64,000 bases of DNA from Eubacteriales bacterium (lineage in GTDB: Bacteria; Bacillota; Clostridia; Oscillospirales; CAG-272), in the NCBI GenBank assembly GCA_045612665.1, contig JAZKZO010000052.1, forward strand, positions 9,839 to 73,838, read 5' to 3'. The notes below the pieces were generated by a model, which worked only from the letters and a program-made list of their open reading frames with translations, did no database searches and was not told the DNA's origin. Every line of letters starts with the position of its first letter. The first letter of the stretch is position 1. Both the position numbers and the translations under genes were made by a program. Shown here in pieces: positions 61,064 through 64,000 of the stretch.

Positions 61064-62906
61064 CAGCCTCACCTCCCTCTTCTATGTCAACATAGTTTTG
61101 AGCCTGCTTTTTGAACATATCGGCATATTTGCCGTTTTTAGCCATAAGCTCGGTGTGAGTTCCGCATTCGGCAACCTCTCCGTTTTCAAGCAGATATATT
61201 CTATCTGCGCCAACTGCACTGGAAAGCCTGTGAGAAATAAATATCATTCCCTTGTTTTCGCCTGCCTGCATCATATTGTTGTACATTTCGCTTTCAGCAA
61301 CGGGGTCAAGGGCACTTGACGGCTCGTCAAGAATTATGAACGGTGCATCCTTCAAGAATGCGTGCGCGATAGCAAGCTTTTGGCTTTGTCCGACGGAAAG
61401 AACCGCTCCGTTTTCGTCGAATTCCTTTGTAAGAATCGTTTCTATGCCGTTTGGAAGCTCCATTACTCGCTCGTAAGCACCGCTCTTTTTAAGAGCATCG
61501 ATTATACGCTCATCATCGCCCTCTATTCTTGGGCGCATAAGCACGTTTTCGGACACAGGTAGCGCCATAAGCTTGAAATCCTGGAACACCACGCTGAACA
61601 TATCGCGATATTCATCTATCTTGATATCCTTTAAATCCGTGCCATTCAAGGTTATTTTTCCATCAGTCGGATCATAGAGTCGAAGTAAAAGCTTGACAAG
61701 CGTGCTTTTACCTGCACCATTGTGTCCGACAAGCGCGATTTTCTCGTTTTTGCCAACCTTGAGATTTACGTTTTTGAGCACGTAAGAGTCGCTTCCCTCG
61801 TATTTAAACGACACTCCCTCAAGGCAAAGCGCGCCTCTTTCTGGCGAAAGCGCATTTTCTGAGTCCTTCATTTTCGGCTCGTAATCCATAAAGGATTTAA
61901 AATCCTCGAAGAACAACGCGTGCTCGTGAAGCTTGTAATATCTATCGGTAATTTGGCTAAACGTGCTTGTAAGGCTAGACACGGAGTTGATAACCACCGC
62001 GCAATCGCCAATACCAAGCGTTCCCGCAACAAGTGTACGGAAAACCGCATATCCTATTGCAAGAGGGTTTGTAATAATGCTTTGGAAGCCGTTTTGGAAA
62101 ATCTCCAAAACCATTTCCTTGACACCGTAACGACGGACAATGTCAACTCTTCCGTCCGATGCCTCATCGTATCTTTCGAGCAAAAATTCCTTTGCGTTTG
62201 TCAAGCGCATTTCCTTTGCATAATCACTCGAATAAAAAATTCTTTGTGCGTACTGGGCACGTCTATGTAGGACTCTATCCTCGCTTGAATGCTTGTGCCA
62301 TTGCTCGTTGGATATCTTTTTAAGAAATGCGCCAAAGAGTGGCAAAATCGCAAAAACAATAAACACAGGGTCCATTGTAAACAAAATCGAGCCGTATAGC
62401 GCCATTCCGATTATAACACCGAAAAGGCTTGTTACAGTCCACGTAATATTCCACATACGCCACACCAAATCTTGGTTTGCTTTTACATACTTATCATAGA
62501 AGTCGGGATTTTCAAAGCAAGCAAGCTCAACACTTGTACATTTATCGTAAAGCCTCGTAAGCACCTTCTTTTCCACTTTTATAAACGCAATATCGGTTAT
62601 AAAATTAGTAAGAGGTGTGATAATCAAAACCAGCAATGCCGGAATTACTATCATAATAAGCGCCTCGAGTGCGACCTCACCAAACGGTCTGCCCGCCTCA
62701 AAGGAATTGATTATATGACGAAGCGAATACGTACCAACTACAAATCCGAGCACGGTTTCCAAAAGCTGAACCAGCAGTCTAAAAATAAAAACCGCAGGAG
62801 CTGAGGAAATTATCAGCCTCATCGCATAAACCGTATCCTTGAAAACGGCCTTAAACGAAAGCTTTTTGCCCTTGTCCTTCTTCTTTTTGGTCTTATCCTT
62901 TTTCAA
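61056..62906 (-). CDS. ABC exporter half-transporter (TMD + NBD), heterodimer partner
   Basis: GHNGAGKS, degenerate signature LSVGQ, ILDEPSSALD; probable TTG start at 62906 after AAGGAG. Confidence 0.92.
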   Translation of the reverse strand: MKKDKTKKKKDKGKKLSFKAVFKDTVYAMRLIISSAPAVFIFRLLVQLLETVLGFVVGTYSLRHIINSFEAGRPFGEVALEALIMIVIPALLVLIITPLTNFITDIAFIKVEKKVLTRLYDKCTSVELACFENPDFYDKYVKANQDLVWRMWNITWTVTSLFGVIIGMALYGSILFTMDPVFIVFAILPLFGAFLKKISNEQWHKHSSEDRVLHRRAQYAQRIFYSSDYAKEMRLTNAKEFLLERYDEASDGRVDIVRRYGVKEMVLEIFQNGFQSIITNPLAIGYAVFRTLVAGTLGIGDCAVVINSVSSLTSTFSQITDRYYKLHEHALFFEDFKSFMDYEPKMKDSENALSPERGALCLEGVSFKYEGSDSYVLKNVNLKVGKNEKIALVGHNGAGKSTLVKLLLRLYDPTDGKITLNGTDLKDIKIDEYRDMFSVVFQDFKLMALPVSENVLMRPRIEGDDERIIDALKKSGAYERVMELPNGIETILTKEFDENGAVLSVGQSQKLAIAHAFLKDAPFIILDEPSSALDPVAESEMYNNMMQAGENKGMIFISHRLSSAVGADRIYLLENGEVAECGTHTELMAKNGKYADMFKKQAQNYVDIEEGGEADE

Positions 62907-63106
62907 TTTTATCTCCTTATTTTTCCACACCCGTGGGATTTTGCCGAGGCAAAAAAGTGGGTTATTTTTCTTGCTCGGTATCTACATTTTAACACAGTCA
63001 ACATTTCTTGTCAATATGCACAAACAAAATTACCCCCCCCCCGAATTTTTTGTTGCTTTTCACAAAATCGCAATTTTGAGTCCTTTGATTTTTTGTGCAT
63101 ATTATA

Positions 63107-63670
63107 CTATTTTGATTTTCGTTTGCTCTTTCTTTTTTCGGCACATACATAAAAGTCCATATACACCCTCCTACGATAAAGATAGAGATTTAAAAAATAC
63201 GAAAGCACAGTCAAAATAGCCGAAGCCGTGGCTCCCAAGGCTCTTGGCATTATATCGTTAAAAATATACAAATACTGTACCAAATAAATAAGTGGCTCAA
63301 AAATCACGCCAAGCGTTGCAGTAAGGACAACAAAAAACATAAAGTAAGCCTCTCTTCTAAAGCATTTTTTGCTCTCCTCAAATATATTACCGATTGGCTT
63401 ATCCTTGTAGCCTCTTATCACCTCATTATCGCCTCTGCCTCTTATAGAATACTTCCAACCTACGTGCAATTTAGTAAAAATGTATATGCTGACAAGCCCA
63501 AGAAGAATTGTAACAATAATCGGAAGAAAATTGCTATCCGTCAAATGCTCGTCAAACGGTATAATGCACCATTTCAAAAACGCATAAATTATTTTTGTGC
63601 AAACGGCAGTACCAAGAAAATACAGTCCCTCCTTGCATAGTAGCTTGATTTTTCTCTTAAAGCTATGCAT
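63107..63670 (-). CDS. Small membrane protein (about 4 TM)
   Basis: GGGGAGG RBS; four hydrophobic segments. Confidence 0.65.
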   Translation of the reverse strand: MHSFKRKIKLLCKEGLYFLGTAVCTKIIYAFLKWCIIPFDEHLTDSNFLPIIVTILLGLVSIYIFTKLHVGWKYSIRGRGDNEVIRGYKDKPIGNIFEESKKCFRREAYFMFFVVLTATLGVIFEPLIYLVQYLYIFNDIMPRALGATASAILTVLSYFLNLYLYRRRVYMDFYVCAEKRKSKRKSK

Positions 63671-63875
63671 TATCCTCCCCCCTTAGCTTTTGCTCGTCCA
63701 CAGTTTAACATAAAATAAGACTTATAATTAAATTTTGGGATATCTTGGAGTGGAAAGGGATATCTTTTTGTTTTTGGAATTTTATCCCTAAAACAATACT
63801 TTTTATCACAGCTATTGCTTTAAGAGGATTAGATATGCTAAAATATATATATATATAAAATTTAAGGAGAAGGCT

Positions 63876-64000
63876 ATGATTACTATTGCACTTTGTGATG
63901 ATAATACACAGTTTGCGTGCCTTTTAAGGCAACATCTACAAAGGCTTTGCGCCTATAACATTCCGAACAGAGTTGACATAAGCATCGCTCCGACCTTTTC
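63876..64000 (+). CDS. Response regulator receiver domain, probably LytTR family (partial, runs off the right edge)
   Basis: AAGGAG RBS; MITIALCDDN start typical of clostridial LytTR regulators. Confidence 0.65.
   Translation, partial: MITIALCDDNTQFACLLRQHLQRLCAYNIPNRVDISIAPTF

Noticed and set aside
1-64000. Stop-codon reassignment or selenocysteine recoding
   Set aside because: Conserved genes end normally at TAA, TAG or TGA with expected lengths, and no split conserved genes were seen.

Overview
Chromosomal window from a spore-forming Clostridia-type bacterium (inferred from spoIIR, remA and gene order), standard genetic code. Most of it is housekeeping: a large sugar ABC substrate-binding protein (cut by the left edge), ROK glucokinase-recG, DUF1846, PPi- and ATP-type phosphofructokinases, a deoC-deoD-deoB-cdd-pdp operon, the yloC-remA-gmk-rpoZ-priA-def-fmt-rsmB-rlmN-prpC-prkC-rsgA cluster, and the S10-spc-alpha ribosomal superoperon (37.5-53.5 kb). 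The accessory content worth attention is: (1) an orphan lambda-like switch at 56.5-58.1 kb, with a cleavable CI-like repressor, two divergent sigma-A promoters each holding a palindromic operator in its 17-bp spacer, a structured ~220-nt leader where cro would be, a Cys-rich phage-type protein and a RinA/DUF1492-like late activator, but no integrase or virion genes; (2) two tandem membrane-anchored surface proteins built from 9-10 copies of a ~22-aa His/Cys3 repeat; (3) a non-coding 191-bp duplicated element made of 10-nt repeats alternating with variable palindromic spacers next to a class II Fic gene; (4) a PrkC kinase with no TM/PASTA region that ends in an amphipathic helix; (5) an RNAP omega subunit with a long acidic tail. 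No rRNA, tRNA, CRISPR array or transposase was seen. All product calls come from motif recognition by eye, not database searches.
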